Of a stretch of 64,000 nt of DNA, positions 7,224 to 16,984 are shown piece by piece; within the stretch, counting starts at the first letter, position 1; every line of letters starts with the position of its first letter. The translations under genes were made by a program, and so were the position numbers. Source of the stretch: Ruminococcus sp. (lineage in GTDB: Bacteria; Bacillota; Clostridia; Oscillospirales; Ruminococcaceae); assembly GCF_022768805.1 (NCBI RefSeq), contig NZ_JALELB010000028.1; one strand, 5' to 3'. Under the pieces are notes generated by a model. It was not told the origin of the DNA, did not search any database, and saw only the letters and a list, made by a program, of their open reading frames with translations.

Positions 7224-9080
7224 ATGACCCGTAAGCAAAAACGGATCTTGTACCGGATTCTGATCTCCGCTCTGCTGTTTGCAGTGGCCGAGCTTCTGCC
7301 GGTTACCGGCTGGCTCCGGCTGATTGTGTTCCTGGTCCCCTATCTGCTGATCGGCTGGGATGTGATCCTGAAAGCCCTCCGGAATATTGCCCATGGACAG
7401 GTTTTCGACGAAAACTTTTTGATGATGCTGGCCACAGTGGGTGCAATCGGCACCGGGCAGTATCCGGAGGCTGTCATCGTTATGCTCTTCAACCGGATCG
7501 GAGAGCTGTTTGAAAGCTACGCCGTGGGGAAATCCAGAAAATCCATTGCTGCTCTGATGGATATCCGGCCGGATTATGCCAACCTGGAGCAGAATGGGGA
7601 GCTGCAGAAGGTGCAGCCGGACAAAGTCGCCATCGGGGGCACCATTGTGGTAAAACCTGGCGAACGTGTTCCCCTGGACGGCGTAGTCATGGAGGGCAGC
7701 TCCACCCTGGATACGGCTGCGCTGACCGGCGAATCGGTTCCCCGCAGCGTAACCGCAGGAGACGATGTCATCAGCGGCTGCATCAATGGAAGCGGCTTGC
7801 TGCGGATCCGGGTAACCCATGTTTTTGCGGAATCTACCGTATCAAAAATTCTCCAGCTTGTAGAGAATGCAAGCAGCAAAAAGGCTGCTTCCGAGCAGTT
7901 TATCACCAAATTCTCCAGGTATTACACACCCTGCGTGGTGCTTGCCGCAGTCCTGCTGGCAGTCATTCCGCCTCTTGTCACCGGCGGAAACTGGGTCAGC
8001 TGGCTGCACAGGGCATTGATCTTCCTGGTGGTTTCCTGTCCCTGTGCCCTTGTGATTTCCGTACCCCTGAGCTTTTTCGGCGGCATCGGCGGTGCATCCC
8101 GACAGGGCATCCTGGTGAAGGGGGGCAATTACCTGGAAGCCCTTGCATCCGCTGATATTGTGGTGTTCGACAAAACCGGTACCCTGACCCGGGGTGTGTT
8201 CAACGTAACTGTCATTCATCCGGATCAGATTTCCCGGAACCAGCTGCTGGAGTATGCTGCCTATGCAGAGTGCTACTCCGATCACCCCATTGCAAAGTCC
8301 ATCCGGGAAGCATACGGCATTGTCATTGACCGGAGCCGGATTCAGTCTGTGGAGGAAATCTCCGGTTACGGCATCCACGCCCTAATTGACGGCAAGGAGG
8401 TTTATGCGGGCAATGACAAGCTGATGGAAAAGCAGGGCATCAGCTGGCATCCCTGTCACCATGTGGGCACAACTGTACACCTTGCCATCAATGGCGTATA
8501 TGCAGGACATCTGGTCATCTCCGATGAAATCAAGCCGGATGCGGCGGACGCCATCCGGCAGCTGCGTGGACTTGGCATTTCCAAAACGGTCATGCTCACA
8601 GGTGATGCCAAAGAAATCGGCATCCAGACCGCCAATCAGCTGGGCATGGATGAGGTATACACCCAGTTGCTGCCGGCAGACAAGGTAGATCGTATGGAGG
8701 AGCTGCTCCGGGACAAGCAGCCGAACCGGAAGCTGCTTTTTGTGGGTGACGGTATCAACGATGCACCAGTGCTAACACGGGCAGATCTTGGCATAGCCAT
8801 GGGCGCCATGGGCACGGATGCTGCCATTGAAGCGGCGGATGTGGTACTGATGGACGATCAGCCAACCAAGATTGCAGTGGCCATCCGGATTGCCCGGCGT
8901 ACTACCCGGATTGTGCGGCAGAATATTGTCTTTGCTCTGGCTGTCAAAGCAATCGTGCTTATTCTGGCTGCCATTGGCGTGTCCAATATGTGGGAAGCAG
9001 TTTTTGCGGATGTGGGCGTCTCTGTGATTGCCATTCTGAACGCTATGCGGGCACTCACCTATCAGGGGCAGGAGGCATAA
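7224..9080 (+). CDS. heavy-metal translocating P1B-type ATPase (Cd/Zn/Co class likely)
   Basis: 618 aa with the SCPCALVIS (CPC), FDKTGTLT, SDHPIAKSI and VGDGINDAP motifs. There is no N-terminal HMA domain; the protein begins in the membrane region. Confidence 0.9.
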   Translation: MTRKQKRILYRILISALLFAVAELLPVTGWLRLIVFLVPYLLIGWDVILKALRNIAHGQVFDENFLMMLATVGAIGTGQYPEAVIVMLFNRIGELFESYAVGKSRKSIAALMDIRPDYANLEQNGELQKVQPDKVAIGGTIVVKPGERVPLDGVVMEGSSTLDTAALTGESVPRSVTAGDDVISGCINGSGLLRIRVTHVFAESTVSKILQLVENASSKKAASEQFITKFSRYYTPCVVLAAVLLAVIPPLVTGGNWVSWLHRALIFLVVSCPCALVISVPLSFFGGIGGASRQGILVKGGNYLEALASADIVVFDKTGTLTRGVFNVTVIHPDQISRNQLLEYAAYAECYSDHPIAKSIREAYGIVIDRSRIQSVEEISGYGIHALIDGKEVYAGNDKLMEKQGISWHPCHHVGTTVHLAINGVYAGHLVISDEIKPDAADAIRQLRGLGISKTVMLTGDAKEIGIQTANQLGMDEVYTQLLPADKVDRMEELLRDKQPNRKLLFVGDGINDAPVLTRADLGIAMGAMGTDAAIEAADVVLMDDQPTKIAVAIRIARRTTRIVRQNIVFALAVKAIVLILAAIGVSNMWEAVFADVGVSVIAILNAMRALTYQGQEA

Positions 9081-9094
9081 ACAGTCTATAGCAT

Positions 9095-9140
9095 AAATAA
9101 GCCTGAGAAGTTCCTGTCTGGATTCTTCTCAGGCTTATTT
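9095..9140. terminator. bidirectional terminator between the convergent ATPase and sigma-factor genes
   Basis: A 16-bp perfect stem aaataagcctgagaag / cttctcaggcttattt with A/T runs on both sides. It overlaps the last codons of the sigma gene. Confidence 0.7.
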
Positions 9141-9668
9141 TGCAGAATTGGAAAGGCCCTCCTTCAACAGCTGCTTTGCACGCTTCATCCGGGATTTGAC
9201 GGTGTTGTAGGGCAGGTGCAGCATGTCCGCCACCTCCTGGACAGAAAACCCATAGTAATACTTAAGCATCAGCACATCCCGGTATTCCCCGCTCAGCTGG
9301 GGGATCAACCCTTCCGCTCCCTCCGGTTCTCCTGTAGGTGCATCCTGCATCAGCACCGTGTGAGTGCATGCATCATCAAAGCTGACTCTTTCTGCCTCAG
9401 TCTTCTGCCGGCGGTATACATCAATCGCCCGGTTTCGGGTGATAATCACCACATAGCCGTTGAGCTCTTCCTCAGTCTTACCACGCAGCTTTTCAAAATT
9501 CTGTGCGATTGTCATAAAAACGTCAGAGACGATATCCTCTGCTGCACAGACGTCCTTCATTACGCTCAAAGCAATTCGGTATAACTGATCCCGGTACCGG
9601 AGATAGAGCGAATTGAATCGTTCCCGATCCTCGTCTGTTTCCAGCAGCGCCATATACACGCCCAGCAT
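9135..9668 (-). CDS. RNA polymerase sigma-70 family factor, ECF-like
   Basis: 177 aa with region 2 (YVVIITRNRAIDVYRR) and region 4 (YRDVLMLKYYYGFSVQEVADMLHLPYNTVKSRMKRAKQLL). GGGAGG lies 5 nt upstream. Confidence 0.8.
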   Translation of the reverse strand: MLGVYMALLETDEDRERFNSLYLRYRDQLYRIALSVMKDVCAAEDIVSDVFMTIAQNFEKLRGKTEEELNGYVVIITRNRAIDVYRRQKTEAERVSFDDACTHTVLMQDAPTGEPEGAEGLIPQLSGEYRDVLMLKYYYGFSVQEVADMLHLPYNTVKSRMKRAKQLLKEGLSNSAK

Positions 9669-9705
9669 TTCGGCCTCCCAAACTCTTCAATAAACTGTCC
9701 CTGTT

Positions 9706-11379
9706 CTATTCTGTCAGCGGATTTTGCATAGCTGACCGCAGCTCCGCTTCAGCGGTTTCCAGCATCAGCCTGCTGGGATTCTCTCCGCCCATTATCCGGG
9801 CGATCTCCCGAATACGACCGGCAAAGTCCAACACCGTAACCGAGGTTTCCGTCCGGTTCTGTATGGTTCGCTTTTCAATCAGCAGGTGATGCTGCGCCAT
9901 TACCGCAATCTGAGAAAGATGGGTTACACAAAGCACCTGCCGCCTGCTGCCGATCTGACGGAGCTTAATACCGATTTTCTGGGCTGCTCTGCCGCTGACT
10001 CCCGTATCAATTTCATCAAAAATCATCGTCGGAATCTGATCCCTGTCCCCTACCACAGCCTTCAGCGCCAGCATCATCCGGGACAGCTCGCCGCCGGAGG
10101 CGATTTTTGCAATAGGCTTAGGCGGCTCCCCTGCATTGGCAGAGATCAGAAACTCCGCCGTTTCCATACCATGCATCGTCAGCTTGCCCGGGGTGAACTG
10201 TACTGCCAGCTGCACCTGGGGCATGTCCAGAAAAGCAAGCTCCTGACCCACCCGCTGCACAAACTGTTTTGCAAGAGCAGCCCGGTGGTTGGACAAAGCC
10301 TTTGCCTTTTCCGTAACCACCTGGAGCAGTGCAGTCTTCTGCTCGGTCAGTGCCCGGACTTCCTCTGCTGCACTGGTATACCCCTGCAATTCCCGGACTG
10401 CATCCTCATATTTCTGCAGCAGCTCATCCGCATCACACTGATACCGGCGTTTGAGCACTGCAATAGCTTCCCTGCGGGCATTGACCTGGGCAAACCGGGC
10501 GCCGTCCAGATCCAGTCCGTTCAGCAAATCCGAAAGCTCGGAAACAATATCCTCCGATTCAATCCGGACTGCGGTCATCCGCTCTGCCAGGGCGGTAAGG
10601 GACGGATACAGCGCTGCACCGTCCTGCAGCTGTTCCTCCGCAGTCTGGAGCTGTTCTATGGCAGCGTCCGGCTCATTCAGCAGCGCCAGTGCATTCTGCA
10701 TACACTCTGCAATCTGCTTGCCGTGGAGCAATACCTGATACTCTGCCTCCAGCTCTTCATCCTCCTGGGGGGCAAGCTCCAGCGCCCCCACATCCCGTAC
10801 CAGTGTACGAAGATAAAGGAACCGCTGCTCCTGATTCTGCTCTGTTTTTTTCAGCGTACCAAGACGCCGTGCCAGGGACTGAAGCTCCCGGAAACTCTGC
10901 TGATAATCCTTCAGTCGGCTGTCGTCATCGCCGAAAGCGTCCAGAATATGCAGATGCCGTTCCGGCTCCAGCAGGATCTGATTGTCGTGCTGTCCGTGAA
11001 TGGCAATCAGTGTGTTTCCAAGCTCCCGCAAGGCAGACACAGTGGCAGTACGCTGATTGATTCGGGCCACGCTGCCTCCATCCGCCAGGATCTCTCTGGT
11101 CAGGGTAATGCCGTCCTCCTCGTAGGGAATACCCAGTCCATCCAGAACCTGCCGGGTCTCTGCAGACAGATCTGTAAACAGTGCCGTAATCACTGCCCGC
11201 TCACAGCCGGTACGCACCAGATCCCTGGTGACCCGCTGTCCCAGCACCGCATTGATTCCGTGAATGAGAATGGATTTTCCTGCACCGGTTTCACCGGTAA
11301 ACACATTCAACTGTCCATCAAAGGGAATGGTTGCCCGGGCAATCACCGCCAGATTCTCAATATACAGTTCCTTGAGCAT
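9706..11379 (-). CDS. recN: DNA repair protein RecN
   Basis: 557 aa. It has an N-terminal Walker A (FTGETGAGKSILI), a long coiled-coil region and a C-terminal ASGGELSRMMLALK / FDEIDTGVSG. Confidence 0.95.
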   Translation of the reverse strand: MLKELYIENLAVIARATIPFDGQLNVFTGETGAGKSILIHGINAVLGQRVTRDLVRTGCERAVITALFTDLSAETRQVLDGLGIPYEEDGITLTREILADGGSVARINQRTATVSALRELGNTLIAIHGQHDNQILLEPERHLHILDAFGDDDSRLKDYQQSFRELQSLARRLGTLKKTEQNQEQRFLYLRTLVRDVGALELAPQEDEELEAEYQVLLHGKQIAECMQNALALLNEPDAAIEQLQTAEEQLQDGAALYPSLTALAERMTAVRIESEDIVSELSDLLNGLDLDGARFAQVNARREAIAVLKRRYQCDADELLQKYEDAVRELQGYTSAAEEVRALTEQKTALLQVVTEKAKALSNHRAALAKQFVQRVGQELAFLDMPQVQLAVQFTPGKLTMHGMETAEFLISANAGEPPKPIAKIASGGELSRMMLALKAVVGDRDQIPTMIFDEIDTGVSGRAAQKIGIKLRQIGSRRQVLCVTHLSQIAVMAQHHLLIEKRTIQNRTETSVTVLDFAGRIREIARIMGGENPSRLMLETAEAELRSAMQNPLTE

Positions 11380-11383
11380 CCTG

Positions 11384-11821
11384 TTACCCCCAAATCATCG
11401 CCTTCAAGGCTTCCGTCAGATCAGCTGCATTCTGCTCCGTACGGGTGAGAATAAAAATTGTATCATCCCCGGCCAGGGTTCCTACAATATCCGCATGCTG
11501 CATCATATCCAGGGCTGCACATGCCGCCTGTGCCATGCCGGTATGACACTTGATTACCACTGTATTCATGGCATAATCCACACCGGTCACCGTATCCGTC
11601 AGCAGGCTTCGCCTTGCAGTGCTGCTTTCCGGTGTGACATAGCGGTACCCACCGCCGGGAGTACTGGTTTTCATCAGCTTCAGCTCCCGGATGTCCCGGG
11701 AAATTGTGGCCTGGGTTACCGGAAAGCCACAGCTGGTAAGCATTTTCTGCAGGGCCTCCTGGGTGTCAATGTCCGCAGTAGCAATCAGCTCCAGTATCTT
11801 TTCCTGTCGTCGGTTTTTCAT
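11384..11821 (-). CDS. argR: arginine repressor ArgR
   Basis: 145 aa with RQEKILELI...TQATISRDIRELKL and a C-terminal GTLAGDDTIF motif. Confidence 0.9.
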   Translation of the reverse strand: MKNRRQEKILELIATADIDTQEALQKMLTSCGFPVTQATISRDIRELKLMKTSTPGGGYRYVTPESSTARRSLLTDTVTGVDYAMNTVVIKCHTGMAQAACAALDMMQHADIVGTLAGDDTIFILTRTEQNAADLTEALKAMIWG

Positions 11822-11837
11822 GCTTTCTCTCCGTCCT

Positions 11838-12698
11838 TCATTCCTTCAGGGCATGCATCATTTTTCCGTTCAGCGAATCAAAAAAATGCGAATCCGTCAT
11901 TTCAATCAGGGACACCGTATGGCTGGATCGGGTCAGTACCACCCGATCTCCTGGCTGCATTTCCACCGACTCATTCCCGTCTGCGCTCAGGCTCAGAATG
12001 GCAGTCTTATAATCCTCCGGAACCAGGGTAATCCGCCGTTCCGCTGAGAACAGCACCGGCCGGGCAAAGAGGGAATGGGGACAGATCAGCGTCATTTCAA
12101 TGCAGGACAGATCTGGCTCAATAATGGGGCCTCCTGCGGACAGAGAATAGGCCGTGGATCCGGTGGGAGTGCTGAATACCACCCCGTCTGCCCGGTATCT
12201 GCCGATCAGGGAGTCATCCGCATAGACGGAAAAGTCCGACATTCTTCCGCCATACCGGGAGGCGTACACGTCATTGAGCGCCGTGTACACCCCGATTTCA
12301 GCTCCGTTGCGCCAGAGTGCTGCCCGGAGCATCATCCGCTGACTGACCCGGTAGTCACCGGTCAGCAGTCGTGGAAGCTGATCCAGCTCGTCCGACTCCA
12401 GAGCCGCCATAAAGCCAAGCCTGCCTGTGTTGATGCCCAGCAGCTTTACCTCCGACCGCATCAGGCGGCGGGCACATTTCAGAATGGTGCCGTCCCCGCC
12501 GATGGCGATGGCAAACTCCGCTTGCTCCGCCAATTTGCGCAGATCGCCGAATGTGATGTAAGGAATATCCGCCAAATCCTCCCGGTGGATCTGATCCACC
12601 CCGATCTCCAGTCCCATCCCATGCAGGGCAGCACAAACCGACCGGGTTACCTCCGGTGCATGCTTTTTCCGGAAATTCGGATAGATTACAACCTTCAT
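11838..12698 (-). CDS. nadK: NAD(+) kinase
   Basis: 286 aa with the GGDGT motif (IAIGGDGTILK) and STPTGSTAYSLSAGGPI. Confidence 0.9.
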   Translation of the reverse strand: MKVVIYPNFRKKHAPEVTRSVCAALHGMGLEIGVDQIHREDLADIPYITFGDLRKLAEQAEFAIAIGGDGTILKCARRLMRSEVKLLGINTGRLGFMAALESDELDQLPRLLTGDYRVSQRMMLRAALWRNGAEIGVYTALNDVYASRYGGRMSDFSVYADDSLIGRYRADGVVFSTPTGSTAYSLSAGGPIIEPDLSCIEMTLICPHSLFARPVLFSAERRITLVPEDYKTAILSLSADGNESVEMQPGDRVVLTRSSHTVSLIEMTDSHFFDSLNGKMMHALKE

Positions 12699-12706
12699 AC
12701 TTCACC

Positions 12707-13486
12707 TCATTCCGCCCCGAAGGCAGATCCGACTACAGCAGAAACATCCGGCAGCATAGATACGCCGCCTTTTTTCAGATACAACAGGTACTCCCGGTTT
12801 CCGGAACCGCCCCGGACAGGGGACGGAATCAGTCCGCAAATGGACAACCCGTTCAGCTGTGCCGCAGCCAACACCGTCTCAATACTTCGGATGTGATCCT
12901 TGGGCTGCCGCACCACACCGTGCTTGTTCAGAGCGCCGGGACCGGCTTCAAACTGGGGCTTAATCAGCGCAATCATGCTGCCTCCCTCACGCAGCAGCTG
13001 TGTCGCTGCCGGGAATACATAAGTCAGGGACAGAAAAGACACGTCCGTGCCGATAAAATCAAAGGCCGGAAACTCCTCCGGACGGACTTCACGGATGTTT
13101 ATTCCCTCCAGATTCACCACTCTCGGATCCTGCCGCAGCTTCGGCGCAAGCTGGTCATGTCCCACATCCAGCGCATAGACCCTGGCAGCACCGTTTTGCA
13201 GCATACAGTCGGTAAATCCGCCGGTGGAAGCGCCGATGTCCAGACAGGTCAGCCCCGCAAGCTGCACCCCGAACTGCTCCACCCCATGGGCCAGCTTCAG
13301 TCCGCCCCTGCCCACATAGGGCAGCTGTCCGCCGGTACACAGGATTTCGTCAGTATCCGAAACCTCGGCAGAGGCCTTTTGCACCGGTACACTGTTCACG
13401 GTAATCTGTCCGCCGCAGATCAGCTCCTTGGCTCGTGCACGGCTGGGCGCCAGCTTCAGTTCCACAAGCCTGCTGTCAAGTCGCAT
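12707..13486 (-). CDS. tlyA: TlyA family rRNA (cytidine-2'-O)-methyltransferase
   Basis: 259 aa with an S4-like N-terminus (RLDSRLVELKLAPSRARAKELI) and SAM-binding LDIGASTGGFTD. Confidence 0.85.
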   Translation of the reverse strand: MRLDSRLVELKLAPSRARAKELICGGQITVNSVPVQKASAEVSDTDEILCTGGQLPYVGRGGLKLAHGVEQFGVQLAGLTCLDIGASTGGFTDCMLQNGAARVYALDVGHDQLAPKLRQDPRVVNLEGINIREVRPEEFPAFDFIGTDVSFLSLTYVFPAATQLLREGGSMIALIKPQFEAGPGALNKHGVVRQPKDHIRSIETVLAAAQLNGLSICGLIPSPVRGGSGNREYLLYLKKGGVSMLPDVSAVVGSAFGAE

Positions 13487-15389
13487 GCTGCTGTACCGCC
13501 TCTTTTACGTACTCCGTCATTCTGGCTGCGGACAAGCCCGCATGCTCCAGACTGCTGGCAACGGACGCCTGTTTGACAAAGCCCTGAACTGCCACCGAGG
13601 AATAGCGTCCGGCAAAGCCGGCTTCCATCAGAAGATCTCCCACCTGGGAAGCAATTCCACCGGTTTTTACGCCCTCTTCAAAGAAAATTACCCGGTCATA
13701 TTCCTGCATGGATGCAACCGCCTGGGGCAGAATGGGAAAGATCTGGGTCAGTCGAAGCATATCGCAGCAGATACCCTCTGCCGCCAGAGACATTTGTGCA
13801 CGGATCATCTCGCTGAAAACACGTCCATAGGTCACCAACAGGATTTTCCCACCCTTTCGGTAATGAGCCAGCGTAGTATTGGGATCCCGGAAAGCCGGCT
13901 CGGACTGATCCACGCCTCTGGGATACCGGACACAGACAAGACCGGCATCCTCGTACAGTGCCTTTTTCAGACACAGGCGGAGCTCCTCGTAGGAATAGGG
14001 TGCGTAGATTCTGGTATTGGGGATGGAGGACACCAGGGAAACATCAAACAGCCCCTGATGGGTCTCCCCGTCCTCCCCTACGATACCGGCACGATCAATG
14101 CCCAGCACCACATGCAGATTGCTGATCGCCACATCATGCAGCAGCTGGTCGTAAGCACGCTGCAGGAAGGAGGAATACACAGCGAATACAGGCAGATGCC
14201 CCATTGCCGCCAGGGATGCAGCAAAGGTAACCGCATGCTGCTCGGCAATTCCCACATCAAAGAACCGGTCTCTGCATTCAGAGGCAAAAAACTGGAGTCC
14301 GGTGCCATATTTCATGGCTGCGGTAATGGCGCAGATCCGCTTATCCTCCCTGCCAAGCCGGGCAAGCTCCTGGCCGAACACCGTGGAAAAACAGGTGTCC
14401 GCCGAAACCTCCGGATTGCCGGTCATCACATCGAATTTAGAAATGCCGTGATATTCTCCCGGATTCTTTTCCGCCGGCATATAGCCCTTGCCCTTGACGG
14501 TATTCACATGTACCAGCACAGGACGGTGATAGCTCTTGGCAACCTGGAGCACCTCTTCCAGCTCCTCCAGGTTGTGGCCGTTAACAGGCCCCAGATATAC
14601 AAAGCCCAGATTGTCAAACAAAGTGGACTGATGATAGAGGGTATTGCGCAGGGTATCCTTGGAGGTTTTCAGTACCTTTGCAAGGGGCTTGCCCACCACC
14701 GGTGTCTTATCCAGGGTGCGCTCCACCGCCCACTTGGTTTTCACATACCCCTCTTTGCCTCGGATGGAAGCCAGGTACTTTGCCAATGCCCCCACATTCT
14801 TGGAAATGGACATATGATTGTCGTTGAGAATAACAATCAGATTATCCGGCACCTTGCCGCCGTTGTTCAGACCCTCATAGACCATACCTCCGGTCATAGC
14901 CCCGTCCCCGATTACCGCAACCGCATAATTGTCACGCTGGTTCATGCGCATGGACGCTGCCATACCGCAGGCAACGGATATAGAAGTGGAGCTGTGACCG
15001 CTGACAAAGGCGTCATGCTCGGATTCAGAGGGCTTGGGAAATCCGGAAATACCGTTTTCCTGCCGCAGGGTAGAAAATCTGTCCAGCCTGCCTGTCAGCA
15101 GCTTGTGGGTATAGCTCTGGTGTCCCACATCCCAGATGATTTTATCCTCCGGGGAGTGAAAGCACCGGTGCAGTGCCACCGTCAGCTCCACTACGCCCAG
15201 GTTGGAAGCAAGGTGTCCTCCGGTTTTGGAAACCGTGTTGACCAGCATGGTGCGTATCTCACGGCAGATCTGCCGGCACTGGGCATAGCTCAGACTGCGC
15301 AGCTCCTCCGGCAATTGCAGATCTGCAAGGTGCACCGGCTCCTGTGTCTCAATGTTGTTTTTTGATTCCATTTTCTTTAGCTTATCCAT
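13476..15389 (-). CDS. dxs: 1-deoxy-D-xylulose-5-phosphate synthase
   Basis: 637 aa with GGHLASNLGVVELTVALH, a GDGAMTGGM TPP motif and transketolase-like C-terminal domains. Confidence 0.95.
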   Translation of the reverse strand: MDKLKKMESKNNIETQEPVHLADLQLPEELRSLSYAQCRQICREIRTMLVNTVSKTGGHLASNLGVVELTVALHRCFHSPEDKIIWDVGHQSYTHKLLTGRLDRFSTLRQENGISGFPKPSESEHDAFVSGHSSTSISVACGMAASMRMNQRDNYAVAVIGDGAMTGGMVYEGLNNGGKVPDNLIVILNDNHMSISKNVGALAKYLASIRGKEGYVKTKWAVERTLDKTPVVGKPLAKVLKTSKDTLRNTLYHQSTLFDNLGFVYLGPVNGHNLEELEEVLQVAKSYHRPVLVHVNTVKGKGYMPAEKNPGEYHGISKFDVMTGNPEVSADTCFSTVFGQELARLGREDKRICAITAAMKYGTGLQFFASECRDRFFDVGIAEQHAVTFAASLAAMGHLPVFAVYSSFLQRAYDQLLHDVAISNLHVVLGIDRAGIVGEDGETHQGLFDVSLVSSIPNTRIYAPYSYEELRLCLKKALYEDAGLVCVRYPRGVDQSEPAFRDPNTTLAHYRKGGKILLVTYGRVFSEMIRAQMSLAAEGICCDMLRLTQIFPILPQAVASMQEYDRVIFFEEGVKTGGIASQVGDLLMEAGFAGRYSSVAVQGFVKQASVASSLEHAGLSAARMTEYVKEAVQQHAT

Positions 15390-15440
15390 TGATAAGCGAA
15401 CGCTCCTTTCGGATTCCTCTTGGTCTGCTTTGTCAGAAAG

Positions 15441-15875
15441 CTAAACAGGAACGACAAAGCCCAGTGCGATGCCCAGCAATGCCCCGCAGAAAACCTCCAA
15501 CGGGGTATGCCCAAGGAACTCCTTAAGTTCCTTTTCCGAACAATCCGCCTTCTTGGGATCAGCAAAGCGCCGCTTGAGATCGTTGAGAATTTTTGCATGC
15601 AGACCGGCAGCCTGCCGTACATTCATGGCATCATACATGACAATTGCGGCGAAAATAAACATCACGCCGAACAAAGGAGCATCCACTCCGCAGATACGCC
15701 CGGTTGCCACAAGTGCAGCGCAAACCATGGCAGAATGGGAGCTGGGCATACCGCCCGAACCCACCAGGCGTTCCAGCCGAGCCGTATGGTTTGCAAGCAT
15801 ATACAGCAGGAATTTCAGGATCTGGGCAACACCCCAGCCCACGATTCCCGCCAAGAGAACAGCATTGTACTTCAT
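15441..15875 (-). CDS. divergent PAP2-family membrane protein (YuiD/DUF212-like)
   Basis: 144 aa membrane protein with the GGMPSSHSA motif. Confidence 0.8.
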   Translation of the reverse strand: MKYNAVLLAGIVGWGVAQILKFLLYMLANHTARLERLVGSGGMPSSHSAMVCAALVATGRICGVDAPLFGVMFIFAAIVMYDAMNVRQAAGLHAKILNDLKRRFADPKKADCSEKELKEFLGHTPLEVFCGALLGIALGFVVPV

Positions 15876-15908
15876 TTCTTTTTCCGGAATTGCTTCCGTA
15901 CTCCTTTA

Positions 15909-16802
15909 TCAGTAATTGCGGTTGAGCAGAGCCTCGGTCAGCTCCTTCAGGAACTGATGCTCCGGAATATCCTCCAGTAAGCACAGGGCTTCCTCCGTCA
16001 GACGGGAAGCCTCCGCCTTGGCGCCCTCCAGCCCCAGCAGGGTTACAAAGGTGGTCTTGTTGTTGGCCGCATCGCTGCCGATGGGCTTGCCAAGCAGCTC
16101 CGGGGTGCCGGTCACATCCAGAATATCGTCCACAATCTGGAACGCAAGCCCCAACCGCTGTGCATATTCCGTGGCGGCAGTCAGCATCTTGTCGTTAGCG
16201 CCCGCTACCATACAGCCCATGGTGCAGGCAACCCGGATCAGCGCGCCGGTCTTGTGGGCATACATATTCACCAGATTATCCTTGTCCACATCCCTGCGGG
16301 TTTCATTGGCAATGTCAATCACCTGTCCGCCGATCATACCCTCCGGGCCGGCAGCGTTTGCCAGCTCTGCAATCAGGGAAACCCGTGTTTCCGCCGGCAG
16401 CGCAGTATCCGCAGCCAGCAGCTCAAAGGGCAGCACATTCAGTGCATCCCCTGCCAGAATGGCGGTCGCTTCATCGAACGCCTTATGGCAGGAAAGCCTT
16501 CCCCGGCGGTAATCGTCATTATCCATCGCCGGCAGATCGTCATGAATCAGCGAATAGGTATGTATCATTTCAATGGCCAGCGCCGGCTTCAGTGCCTTCT
16601 GTACATCTCCGCCGCAGGCACGGCAGAATGCCAGCACAAGCAAGGGACGGATCCGCTTGCCGCCGGCCTCCAGAGAATAGCGCATTGCCTCCAGAACCCG
16701 ACCTTGGGGATTGGTTTCCGGCTTTGTACGGCAGCAATGCTGCAGTTCCTTTTCAATCCATTCAATGTCTGCTTCCATCTGACGCAGATTTGTTTCATTC
16801 AT
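15909..16802 (-). CDS. ispA: farnesyl diphosphate synthase (polyprenyl synthetase)
   Basis: It has both Asp-rich motifs, LIHDDLPAMDNDDYRRG and QIVDDILD. I place the start at the ATG at 16802, which forms an ATGA overlap with the xseB stop, rather than the ORF-track start at 16865. Confidence 0.85.
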   Translation of the reverse strand: MNETNLRQMEADIEWIEKELQHCCRTKPETNPQGRVLEAMRYSLEAGGKRIRPLLVLAFCRACGGDVQKALKPALAIEMIHTYSLIHDDLPAMDNDDYRRGRLSCHKAFDEATAILAGDALNVLPFELLAADTALPAETRVSLIAELANAAGPEGMIGGQVIDIANETRRDVDKDNLVNMYAHKTGALIRVACTMGCMVAGANDKMLTAATEYAQRLGLAFQIVDDILDVTGTPELLGKPIGSDAANNKTTFVTLLGLEGAKAEASRLTEEALCLLEDIPEHQFLKELTEALLNRNY

Positions 16803-16984
16803 GATCCTTGCTCCTCCTGTTTGATGGTTACCTTCAGCTTTGCCTGTTCCAGGGCCTTGCTGCATGCTTCGCTGAGCTTGATGCCCTCCTCATACAAGGC
16901 AACGGACTCCTCAAGAGTCAGATCCCCCTGTTCCAGCTTTGTGACGATCTCTAATAAACGTGCCATATTCTGTTCAAATTCCAT
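16799..16984 (-). CDS. xseB: exodeoxyribonuclease VII small subunit
   Basis: 61 aa, MEFEQNMARLLEIVTKLEQGDLTLEESVALYEEGIKLSEAC... The ORF-track N-terminal extension overlaps xseA and is rejected. Confidence 0.85.
   Translation of the reverse strand: MEFEQNMARLLEIVTKLEQGDLTLEESVALYEEGIKLSEACSKALEQAKLKVTIKQEEQGS

Noticed and set aside
9886-15365. Long antisense ORFs (9886-11448, 12075-12896, 12656-13576, 13428-15365) opposite recN, nadK, tlyA and dxs
   Set aside because: They are shadow ORFs opposite strongly supported housekeeping genes.
16803-16865. N-terminal extensions of ORF-track calls (for example ispA to 16865, pyrD to 40578, spoIIIAE to 22948, spoIIIAB to 23997, pyrR to 48366, pgk to 30856)
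   Set aside because: The extensions overlap the upstream gene or regulatory RNA, lack SD sequences and add non-homologous residues. Internal starts with SDs and ATGA/TAATG coupling fit better.
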